A stretch of DNA of 43,011 nucleotides, taken from positions 1 through 43,011 of IMG/VR virus record IMGVR_UViG_3300027711_000004; one strand, given 5' to 3'. Source of the DNA: a virus (lineage: Duplodnaviria; Caudoviricetes). The position numbers and the translations under genes are program-made. The notes beneath the pieces are model-generated. The model was given only the letters and a program-made list of their open reading frames with translations, had not been told where the DNA came from and made no database searches. The stretch's first letter is position 1, and each line of letters starts with the position of its first letter. This document shows, in pieces, positions 9,921 through 16,778 of this stretch.

Positions 9921-9946
9921 ATGAGAAACGAAATGAGAAACGAAAT
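9911..9946. repeat. Tandem repeat, 12 bp x3
   Basis: gagaaacgaaat x3 spanning the RBS and start codon (MRNEMRNE). Confidence 0.9.
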
Positions 9947-10115
9947 AGATCAAGTGATCGCTCAAACAGTAAAGACCATCATCGACGAGGCGCTGACGTT
10001 CATGGCGAACAAGGCGGGATGCAGCAAGGAAGCCGTTGCGCTTGTTATCAAAGAAGACCCGAATGGGAATACCGCCCGATATTTTAAGGATTTGATCGCA
10101 AGCCTTGCGGCTTAA
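9921..10115 (+). CDS. Hypothetical small protein
   Basis: ORF after cassette 3; start could be 9921 or 9933. Confidence 0.75.
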   Translation: MRNEMRNEIDQVIAQTVKTIIDEALTFMANKAGCSKEAVALVIKEDPNGNTARYFKDLIASLAA

Positions 10116-10122
10116 CGGGGGG

Positions 10123-10213
10123 TATTGACAGCAACCATGGGGTATGTTATAATAAAAATGTTGGGGAGACAAAATAACCCAACATCAACCCAATAGAGAA
10201 AAGAGAGACCACC
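10123..10213 (+). promoter_or_regulatory. Promoter-stem-loop-RBS cassette, copy 4
   Basis: TTGACA 10125-10130, 17 bp, TATAAT 10148-10153; ATGTTGGG..CCCAACAT hairpin. Confidence 0.92.
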
Positions 10214-10429
10214 ATGAAAACAATCACCATCAATAAAATGGCCCGCGTTGAAAACACTGATGCAGAGATGACAGCAAAGGGTATCGTAGCTTTCCAACTA
10301 GTTGAGTTCGTAATCAATTTTTTCGGCAACGAAATCACCGTTACCCACGACACCAAAATCATGCAGGACGGAAAGCAGATCGTTATCGGCGGCTGCGGAT
10401 ACATCCCAGAAGGCTACGAGGTGGCCTGA
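10214..10429 (+). CDS. Hypothetical small protein
   Basis: 71-aa ORF after cassette 4. Confidence 0.78.
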   Translation: MKTITINKMARVENTDAEMTAKGIVAFQLVEFVINFFGNEITVTHDTKIMQDGKQIVIGGCGYIPEGYEVA

Positions 10430-10494
10430 TAAACAAAAGCAGCGGGGCCGCATTGGGTGTGGCCCATAACCCTAGAGATTAAGAGAGAACCGAC

Positions 10495-10668
10495 ATGAAA
10501 TTCAAGATCATCGAAACCGCGAACCCACTAGCTATCCATGGATTATTCGACACCCGTGCCGCCGCTGAAAAGCACTTGCGCGACATTATCCCCGCCTATG
10601 TGCGCATGAGATTTTTCACCGACAAGGCCCTAGTTGCCGAATCATTTTCGGTTGTCTCCAACAAGTGA
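10495..10668 (+). CDS. Hypothetical small protein (57 aa)
   Basis: Translated by hand: MKFKIIETANPLAIHGLFDTRAAAEKH...VSNK; aagagaga RBS. Confidence 0.65.
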   Translation: MKFKIIETANPLAIHGLFDTRAAAEKHLRDIIPAYVRMRFFTDKALVAESFSVVSNK

Positions 10669-10675
10669 GCGGGGG

Positions 10676-10759
10676 TATTGACAGATATAGCCGCCCATGG
10701 TAGAATAACGGTACCGGTTCGAACCGGTACCAATAACACAATAGAGAAGAGAGATCAAT
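10676..10759 (+). promoter_or_regulatory. Variant promoter cassette with perfect 22-bp palindrome
   Basis: TTGACA 10678-10683, 17 bp, TAGAAT 10701-10706; GGTACCGGTTCGAACCGGTACC 10710-10731; caatagagaagagaga RBS. Confidence 0.85.
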
Positions 10760-10939
10760 ATGAACGTTTATCAAGAGAATGGCTTTAAAGACCGAGCCGA
10801 TTACATCCGCCAGATAGCCGAGCACTACGGCATCCCAGAATCGATGGTGTGGCAACTGGCCGACATACTCGGACCCGACGAGGATTTCGACGGGCTTGTG
10901 GTGGCATGTCAAGACGCCGAACGCCAACTTTTCGACTAA
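10760..10939 (+). CDS. Hypothetical small acidic protein (59 aa)
   Basis: Translated by hand: MNVYQENGFKDRADYIRQIAEHYGIP...GPDEDFDGLV...LFD; follows the variant cassette. Confidence 0.72.
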   Translation: MNVYQENGFKDRADYIRQIAEHYGIPESMVWQLADILGPDEDFDGLVVACQDAERQLFD

Positions 10940-10960
10940 CCTAAACCAGAGAGCAAGAAT

Positions 10961-11293
10961 ATGACAACATACGATAACACAAACACCGGTGCCCTGTTCA
11001 CTAATGACCGCAAGACGAACGACCGCCAGCCTGGATTCACTGGCAAAGTGGACGTAGAAGGCAAAGAATACTGGCTCTCAGCTTGGGCCAAGAAGACGAG
11101 AACAGGCAAGCCGTTCATGTCGCTAGCACTGACCCCAGTGGACGCAGCACCAGCACCGAAGAAAACGGCAGGGGCAGAGGTGGACCCGCTCGAAGAGTTC
11201 ATGAGTGCGGCAGATACCGAGACAGCCAGCGGCCCGAAGTACAACCCAGACAGCGACTCAAAGTACAACCCAGACGACGATGTGCCCTTTTGA
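10961..11293 (+). CDS. SSB-like protein (DUF736-like) with acidic SSB-type tail
   Basis: GALF..RK..QP.FTG.V..EGKEYWLSAW core; C-terminus DDDVPF resembles the E. coli SSB DDDIPF tail. Confidence 0.7.
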   Translation: MTTYDNTNTGALFTNDRKTNDRQPGFTGKVDVEGKEYWLSAWAKKTRTGKPFMSLALTPVDAAPAPKKTAGAEVDPLEEFMSAADTETASGPKYNPDSDSKYNPDDDVPF

Positions 11294-11361
11294 GACCATG
11301 GGGAACAAAGCGGCTGGTGCTCATTGAAACACCGGCCGCCAGTCAAGAGAGAGCGAGCAAT

Positions 11362-11586
11362 ATGAAAATCAAAACGGTCGAATCACAACACCACCGAGAC
11401 TTCTACGCCATCTACCAGTGTGAGCACTGTGGGCACGAGCAACGGGGGCCGGCTTGCGCCACCCACTTCCTTGCTGCTGTCGTGGTGCCGACCATGGCAT
11501 GCGCAGAGTGCAGCAAGAAAGACGATGACACATCTCGTGTGCTAGCACCCAAGTACCCAGTCACCTTAACATCTGAGGAAACACCA
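11362..11586 (+). CDS. Zn-ribbon domain, in frame with and apparently fused to PurZ
   Basis: ATG 11362 with agagagag RBS; MKIKTVESQHHRDFYAIYQCEHC..CAEC..KYP; no stop codon before the PurZ ATG. Confidence 0.6.
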
Positions 11587-12654
11587 ATGAAAAAAGCAAC
11601 CTTGATCTGCGATATGCAATTCGGATCAACTGGCAAGGGCCTGATCGCTGGATATCTGGCGGAACGCGACCAGCCAGACGTGGTGATCACGGCGTGGAGC
11701 ATGAACGCTGGCCACACCTACATCAACGCGGAAGGCCGCGAGTTTATCCACTGCATGTTAGCCAACGGTATTGTATCACCCAAGTTGCACACAGTCCTGA
11801 TCGGCCCCGGCTCGCAGATAGGTATCAATCGCCTGTTTGATGAGGCCGACGCGACCCGCGACCTGCTGCGCGGTGTGCAGATCTTGATTCACCCCAACGC
11901 TTGTGTTATCAGCGACCGCCATATTGAGCAGGAGGCGGGACCGATGACTAAAATCGGGTCCACTAAAAAGGGCTGCGGGGCGGCACTGATCGAAAAGATC
12001 CAGCGCAACCCAGATGGCGAGGCCATCACAGCGGGTCAGATTGCGTCAATAATCACCGAGATGGCATCGGAAACCAGCCTGAATATTGGTGTGACCACCC
12101 ACGACAACTACTGCGCCGTGATCGAACGGGCTACCCGAATTCAAGTCGAGGGTGCGCAGGGCTACTCGCTGGGTATTAACAGCGGGTTCTACCCCTACAC
12201 CACTTCTAGGGAGTGCACCCCAGCACAGATCGCCAGTGACTGTCTATTACCCATTCAGATGATTGACAAGGTAGTAGGCACTATGCGTACCTATCCGATT
12301 CGAGTGGCGAACCGCTATGACGAGCAGGGCGAGATGATCGGCTGGTCCGGCCCATGCTACCCAGACCAAGAAGAAACCACATTTGACGCAATCGGTCGCC
12401 CGACCGAAATGACCACAGTGACGAAACTGCCGCGCCGCCTGTTCACGTTCTCTGAACAGCAGAGCCTAGAAGCGCTGCGAACGGTACGCCCTGACGAAGT
12501 TGTGATGGGCTTTGCCAACTACGCCGAAGAGTCGGAGTACCGCCGAATCTGCAGCTTAGTGAACAAGCAAGCAGCAGCACTGGGTCTATCACCAAATGTC
12601 GTGCGTTACGCCACATGGGGACCGAAATCAACAGACATCGAGGAGATCAAATAA
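11587..12654 (+). CDS. purZ: N6-succino-2-amino-2'-deoxyadenylate synthase PurZ
   Basis: Adenylosuccinate-synthase fold with DMQFGSTGKG (Ser where PurA has Asp in GDEGKG), NAGHT, IGSTKKG, VEGAQG, YPYTTSR, TTVTKLPRR; gagg RBS before ATG 11587. Confidence 0.95.
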   Translation: MKKATLICDMQFGSTGKGLIAGYLAERDQPDVVITAWSMNAGHTYINAEGREFIHCMLANGIVSPKLHTVLIGPGSQIGINRLFDEADATRDLLRGVQILIHPNACVISDRHIEQEAGPMTKIGSTKKGCGAALIEKIQRNPDGEAITAGQIASIITEMASETSLNIGVTTHDNYCAVIERATRIQVEGAQGYSLGINSGFYPYTTSRECTPAQIASDCLLPIQMIDKVVGTMRTYPIRVANRYDEQGEMIGWSGPCYPDQEETTFDAIGRPTEMTTVTKLPRRLFTFSEQQSLEALRTVRPDEVVMGFANYAEESEYRRICSLVNKQAAALGLSPNVVRYATWGPKSTDIEEIK

Positions 12655-13466
12655 TGTCAATTAAGAACGACAGCGGAAAAGCTAAGCTCTCGCTAGTGGA
12701 CCCCTCCTTTGCGGAGGGCATGGCCCGCGTGCTAGAGATCGGAGAGAAAGAGTACGGCCCTGGGAACTGGCGCAAGCCGGGTCTTGGGTACGCTAGGGTG
12801 ATCGACGCGATGAAGCGCCACACCTTGGCAATTGAACGCGGCGAGGACATCGATCCAGTATCGGGCGAGCCTCACGCCTACCATATCGCTAGTAATGCGA
12901 TGTTTTTACAGTACTACAACGACAACAATCAGGTGGAATTAGATGACCGACATTTTAAAGCTCATGTGCCGAGTGTGCCAAGAGGAGTTACCCACAAACC
13001 GGTTCGCACCATCGCGAGTACGCAAGCGCGATCTGATCTGCAAGAAGTGCAACAACGCGGCCCGAAGCGCGAACCGCAAAGCCCTGAGAGCAAAGAATAT
13101 GGGCAAGGAGTCCTAGACGCGCTGGGTTGGTTACTTGAGTCAGAAGGCGAGCAAGCTGTTTCGGGTGACCCGCTGCGGATCCTGCAGGCACGTGTGACCA
13201 GTTGGGCTGACAAGGTATACCCGAACCGGACAACCGAGGTGGCTTTCGCTAAAATGGTTGGCGAGGTGGCTGAGATCTTGGCTGACCCCTCGGACGCCCT
13301 CGAATGGGCCGACGTCCTTATTTTACTGGTGGACGCGGCGCACCTACGTGGTATCGATATCATCAAGGCCGCGCACGAGAAGATGAACATCAACGAAGCA
13401 CGGACGTGGAGTATTGACAAGCGTACCGGCATCATGTCGCACGTTAAGGAGGCCGCGGATGTCTAA
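12654..13466 (+). CDS. dGTP/dATP pyrophosphohydrolase (DUF5664 N-terminal + DUF550 MazG-like C-terminal; MazZ-like)
   Basis: N-term K.DSGK....VLEIG..KEYG..NWRK..RH..GEDIDPVSG..H; C-term W....P.....K..GEVAE....D.LEWADV..KM..N..R.W; ATG overlaps the purZ stop. Confidence 0.85.
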   Translation: MSIKNDSGKAKLSLVDPSFAEGMARVLEIGEKEYGPGNWRKPGLGYARVIDAMKRHTLAIERGEDIDPVSGEPHAYHIASNAMFLQYYNDNNQVELDDRHFKAHVPSVPRGVTHKPVRTIASTQARSDLQEVQQRGPKREPQSPESKEYGQGVLDALGWLLESEGEQAVSGDPLRILQARVTSWADKVYPNRTTEVAFAKMVGEVAEILADPSDALEWADVLILLVDAAHLRGIDIIKAAHEKMNINEARTWSIDKRTGIMSHVKEAADV

Positions 13467-14001
13467 GATCGACTTGAGCCTAGGGGACGTCTACCGGGCG
13501 TCCGACGTCAAAAGATGGGGCATCGTCAAAGTAGCAAAAGAGCAATCCGTGGCGGAACACTCATATCAAGTGGCCATGATCACGGCCCGCCTTTGCCAAC
13601 TGCACGGCCTAGGGGGTGAGAAGACGCAGCGCGCCGTGTGGTATGCGCTGACCCACGACCTGCCCGAAGTCCTCACCGGAGATATCGCCACGCCGCTTAA
13701 GGATTTTCTAGGGGCTGATACCCGAAGTAGGTTGAAAGAGTTCGAAGAAAGGGTCACCGTAGCCGGCCGAGAGACGCAGTGCGACGATCCGGAGATAGTG
13801 GACATCGTAAAGACGGCCGACATCATCGAGGCAATAGCATTCTTGAGGCAAAACGCTCTGACTCTGCATGGTACCCAAATACAGGCGTCCATGATGAACA
13901 AGATCAAGAGTAAGGGATGCCCACACGCCAACGCGGCCATGGTAGAGGTCTTAACCGGGTCACTGACCACATTGAATTCGGTCATGGGGGAAACACAGTG
14001 A
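13459..14001 (+). CDS. datZ: HD-domain dATP triphosphohydrolase DatZ-like
   Basis: VKRWGIV, QSVAEHSY, LTHDLPEVLTGDI, KTADIIEA; aggagg RBS; adjacent to purZ. Confidence 0.85.
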   Translation: MSKIDLSLGDVYRASDVKRWGIVKVAKEQSVAEHSYQVAMITARLCQLHGLGGEKTQRAVWYALTHDLPEVLTGDIATPLKDFLGADTRSRLKEFEERVTVAGRETQCDDPEIVDIVKTADIIEAIAFLRQNALTLHGTQIQASMMNKIKSKGCPHANAAMVEVLTGSLTTLNSVMGETQ

Positions 14002-14417
14002 GCAAAGAGCAAAGGCTGTGGCGCGGGACGCTGCGGCCGGCCCTAGCTGATATACGCGACCTGAAATACGAACGCGTGGAGCTGCGGACTGGGGCGTCAG
14101 GCATGCCCGACGTTATGTATACCCTAGGAGGGACAGGGTGGATTGAGAACAAGTACTGCCCAACAACGGACAAAATCGCGCTGACTGGGTGGACGCCAGC
14201 GCAGCGCCGGTGGGCCAAGGATCACATCGAAGCCGGCGGTAAGGTCCTGCTGTTCGTGGGCACCCTCGATGGCAACTACTTTATCGACCCGATGGGTGTG
14301 ATTGAGGAGGACTATATCAAACCTAGCCACAAAGCCGTGTTGGCGCGGTTTTGTGGGAAAATCGACCGAGCCAAGTTGGTCGAGGTTTTGCGAGTAAGTC
14401 CCGAGGAGGAAATCTAA
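13998..14417 (+). CDS. PD-(D/E)xK nuclease (VRR-NUC / Holliday junction resolvase-like)
   Basis: E near N-terminus, GMPDV, WIENK, TPAQRRW..GG motifs; GTG start overlaps the datZ stop. Confidence 0.75.
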   Translation: MSKEQRLWRGTLRPALADIRDLKYERVELRTGASGMPDVMYTLGGTGWIENKYCPTTDKIALTGWTPAQRRWAKDHIEAGGKVLLFVGTLDGNYFIDPMGVIEEDYIKPSHKAVLARFCGKIDRAKLVEVLRVSPEEEI

Positions 14418-14570
14418 ATGGAAAAGGACGAACGTGCTGGGTGGACCGAGCAACAAAAAAAGGTAATGGATGTGTTCGACGCTGAGGAGAGGCTGCTGGC
14501 GCTAAAGTTAGCACTACTCCTCGAACGTCGTCGCGAGTATATCAACACAAACGAGTTGAACAAAAAATGA
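14418..14570 (+). CDS. Hypothetical small protein (50 aa)
   Basis: Translated by hand: MEKDERAGWTEQQKKV...ELNKK; ggagga RBS; fills the gap exactly. Confidence 0.55.
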   Translation: MEKDERAGWTEQQKKVMDVFDAEERLLALKLALLLERRREYINTNELNKK

Positions 14571-14860
14571 AGACAACACAAGTACTTAATACCGTGCTGG
14601 CGGCTGGACTCGATACAATGGGGCGCAACGCTTTTATTGCGCCGAGCGTCCTATCTACCCAAACTTTGGGCTTCTGGGCCAACGACCGATTTTATGAGGT
14701 AGAGCACCTAAATGGGCGCCTGACCTTGTTGATCGGGAGTGACGTCGAGGTGAGATTCGAGAGCGTGGAATACGACGACCCAAGCACCGCGCTGTTATTT
14801 ATTAACCGGGGCGATGTGGTGGCCCAGATCAAACTAAAGCAAAACGACGAGAAGTATTGA
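14567..14860 (+). CDS. Hypothetical protein
   Basis: 97-aa ORF with ATGA overlap; its stop lies inside the -35 box of cassette 5. Confidence 0.65.
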   Translation: MKTTQVLNTVLAAGLDTMGRNAFIAPSVLSTQTLGFWANDRFYEVEHLNGRLTLLIGSDVEVRFESVEYDDPSTALLFINRGDVVAQIKLKQNDEKY

Positions 14861-14945
14861 CAGCAACCATGGGATATGTTACAATAAAAATGTTGGGGGT
14901 AGCGAGACACCCCGGCATCAACCAATAGAGAGAAGAGAGAACAAA
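14855..14945 (+). promoter_or_regulatory. Promoter-stem-loop-RBS cassette, copy 5
   Basis: TTGACA 14857-14862, 17 bp, TACAAT 14880-14885; ATGTTGGGG..CCCCGGCAT hairpin. Confidence 0.9.
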
Positions 14946-15143
14946 ATGAACAAACACATTAACGATCAACTAAAAGCAACATTTAAAGGCTTCATTGCAG
15001 TAGATCAAAACGCAGTGTTCGCGGTTGCAAACGTCTACAAAGGCTTTGCTATTTCTGAAACCCACTATGAGCTGAAGGACGGAATCAGCGCCGACCAATT
15101 TGTAATCGGAGAAGAATATGACATCACCGGAATCACAAAATAA
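14946..15143 (+). CDS. Hypothetical small protein
   Basis: 65-aa ORF after cassette 5. Confidence 0.75.
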   Translation: MNKHINDQLKATFKGFIAVDQNAVFAVANVYKGFAISETHYELKDGISADQFVIGEEYDITGITK

Positions 15144-15159
15144 GACACAGGGCCACAAA

Positions 15160-15312
15160 ATGAACAAATATACTACCGCACAACTGAAAGCAGCACTGGT
15201 TGAACTACACAAGATGGACGAACTAGCCGCATACCAACTGGCATTTAACGAACTTAACCGACGCATGGGCGATGACGCTTTTGATGCATGGTGTGACGAG
15301 GTGGGGATTTAA
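15160..15312 (+). CDS. Hypothetical small protein
   Basis: MNKYTTAQLKAAL...; ATG at 15160. Confidence 0.65.
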   Translation: MNKYTTAQLKAALVELHKMDELAAYQLAFNELNRRMGDDAFDAWCDEVGI

Positions 15313-15349
15313 TCCCCGATAAAGGAAATATAAATAACAGAGGTGATTT

Positions 15350-15679
15350 ATGAACTGGGATATTTATGGTGATCGACTCACACAGGGTCATTGTGAAGTG
15401 CATCCGTACGTTGCGGAAGAGTATCCATGCTCTGTCTGCCTTGCTGAGAGCGCACAACGTGCTATTGATCGTGACCGTGAGTTAGAGCACCATAAACTAA
15501 AAATTGCCGAGCGTACTATCGCTAGTCTTGTAGGTGAACTATTTAATTCGTTTCCATTGTTAGACGAAAATGGTCTTGATTCTGATATTCATCATTGCGA
15601 GTGGTCTATTCAACAAGAACGGAAACGACTGCATTCAATTATCGCTAGATTCCTAAACCAAAACGAAGGTGAGTTATGA
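15350..15679 (+). CDS. Hypothetical protein with H/C metal-binding motif
   Basis: gaggtg RBS; GHCEVHP..EEYPCSVC motif. Confidence 0.7.
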   Translation: MNWDIYGDRLTQGHCEVHPYVAEEYPCSVCLAESAQRAIDRDRELEHHKLKIAERTIASLVGELFNSFPLLDENGLDSDIHHCEWSIQQERKRLHSIIARFLNQNEGEL

Positions 15680-16449
15680 CCTACAATCCACACAAAGCAG
15701 TGGCCGTACCAGCGACGATACAAGAAGCTATTGATGACGTTGCGCGCATTGAGCAGCTTGTCAAAGATGCGTACAGGCTGATAGGTATGGCTGAGAATAT
15801 CGGCGAGAGGCACAAGATCCGAGTTAAGTTTCAAGTACATAATCGCCACAACCAGCACCATGAATCAGCATTAAAGCCTATCAGAGTGCAAGCATGGCAG
15901 CGGCTAATGGGTGTTACTGGGCTGCATCAGATAATGGACACAAAAGCGCTCGATGAGTTTGAGAGTCAGTTATATAAAGATGCGCCCGAGTTTAATGAGG
16001 AAAGCGTAAAAGGTACGCTGCTAAGCAAGCTGCAGGATTCTGAAACCATGTTTGCGCGCGGCTTGGTTGATATGTTTAGGATCCTAAGCGGCGCGTACAA
16101 AACACATAAAGACGCGGCATTTAAGGTACCTAAAAAGATCATAATCAGAAACGTTGTTAGTTGTGGGCCGCAAGGATTGACTATTAATTACCACCACTAC
16201 AGCCGCATAGATGATATTGATAGAGTATTTAAAACGCTGGGCGGCAAAAAGTTCGAGTCTTACGAGTTGATAGCGGAGCTTGGTAGATCTTGGCAAAAAG
16301 ATGGTGTGCATGAGTGCGATATGTACAAAGCTAGGGCGTACATAAATGGTAATATGCACTTAGAGTTCAAGCGCGCTGACCTGCTAGAAAAAGCAAACGA
16401 CATCATCGCCAATTGGTATGGCGCAACATTGGGAGAGACACGAAAATGA
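15676..16449 (+). CDS. DUF4942-like protein
   Basis: WQRLM..TGL..IMD..ALDEF..QL...APEF..RGLV..F..LS..YKT...KKII...NGNMHL.F.R.DL pattern, recognised from memory. Confidence 0.7.
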   Translation: MTYNPHKAVAVPATIQEAIDDVARIEQLVKDAYRLIGMAENIGERHKIRVKFQVHNRHNQHHESALKPIRVQAWQRLMGVTGLHQIMDTKALDEFESQLYKDAPEFNEESVKGTLLSKLQDSETMFARGLVDMFRILSGAYKTHKDAAFKVPKKIIIRNVVSCGPQGLTINYHHYSRIDDIDRVFKTLGGKKFESYELIAELGRSWQKDGVHECDMYKARAYINGNMHLEFKRADLLEKANDIIANWYGATLGETRK

Positions 16450-16778
16450 CCAACGACAATAGATTAGCGTTATTAAAAAGCTGGCAAGAAGTCAGCAAAA
16501 GTTTCACAGAAGCGGCTTCCGCTTATATGGATTTAACGCACTGCCCGTGCGAAGCCCCACATATTAAGACAGCTTATGGTGTTTTCGAAGAGCATGCAAA
16601 GCTTGTCGCAGTATGGACGGGGGTACCATTTAAAGAGCTGCTATGTTGGGCGTATGACCTACATTACGGCGAAGTAGCATCATACGATGTAAAATTAGAT
16701 GGAAAGTGGCACAGTGCAAGAACAATAGAAGAGTTTTCTAATCTTTGGGATGCTATAAATAACAGAGGTGAATTATGA
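16446..16778 (+). CDS. Hypothetical protein
   Basis: ATGA overlap with the upstream gene. Confidence 0.7.
   Translation: MTNDNRLALLKSWQEVSKSFTEAASAYMDLTHCPCEAPHIKTAYGVFEEHAKLVAVWTGVPFKELLCWAYDLHYGEVASYDVKLDGKWHSARTIEEFSNLWDAINNRGEL

Noticed and set aside
11083-11361. N-terminal 93 aa of the 523-aa ORF in the track
   Set aside because: Overlaps the SSB-like gene in another frame, has a TTG start and implausible sequence; real starts are 11362 and/or 11587.
11587-12654. Ordinary purA auxiliary metabolic gene
   Set aside because: GSTGKG instead of GDEGKG, no TKLD motif, and linkage to DatZ/DUF550 indicate PurZ.
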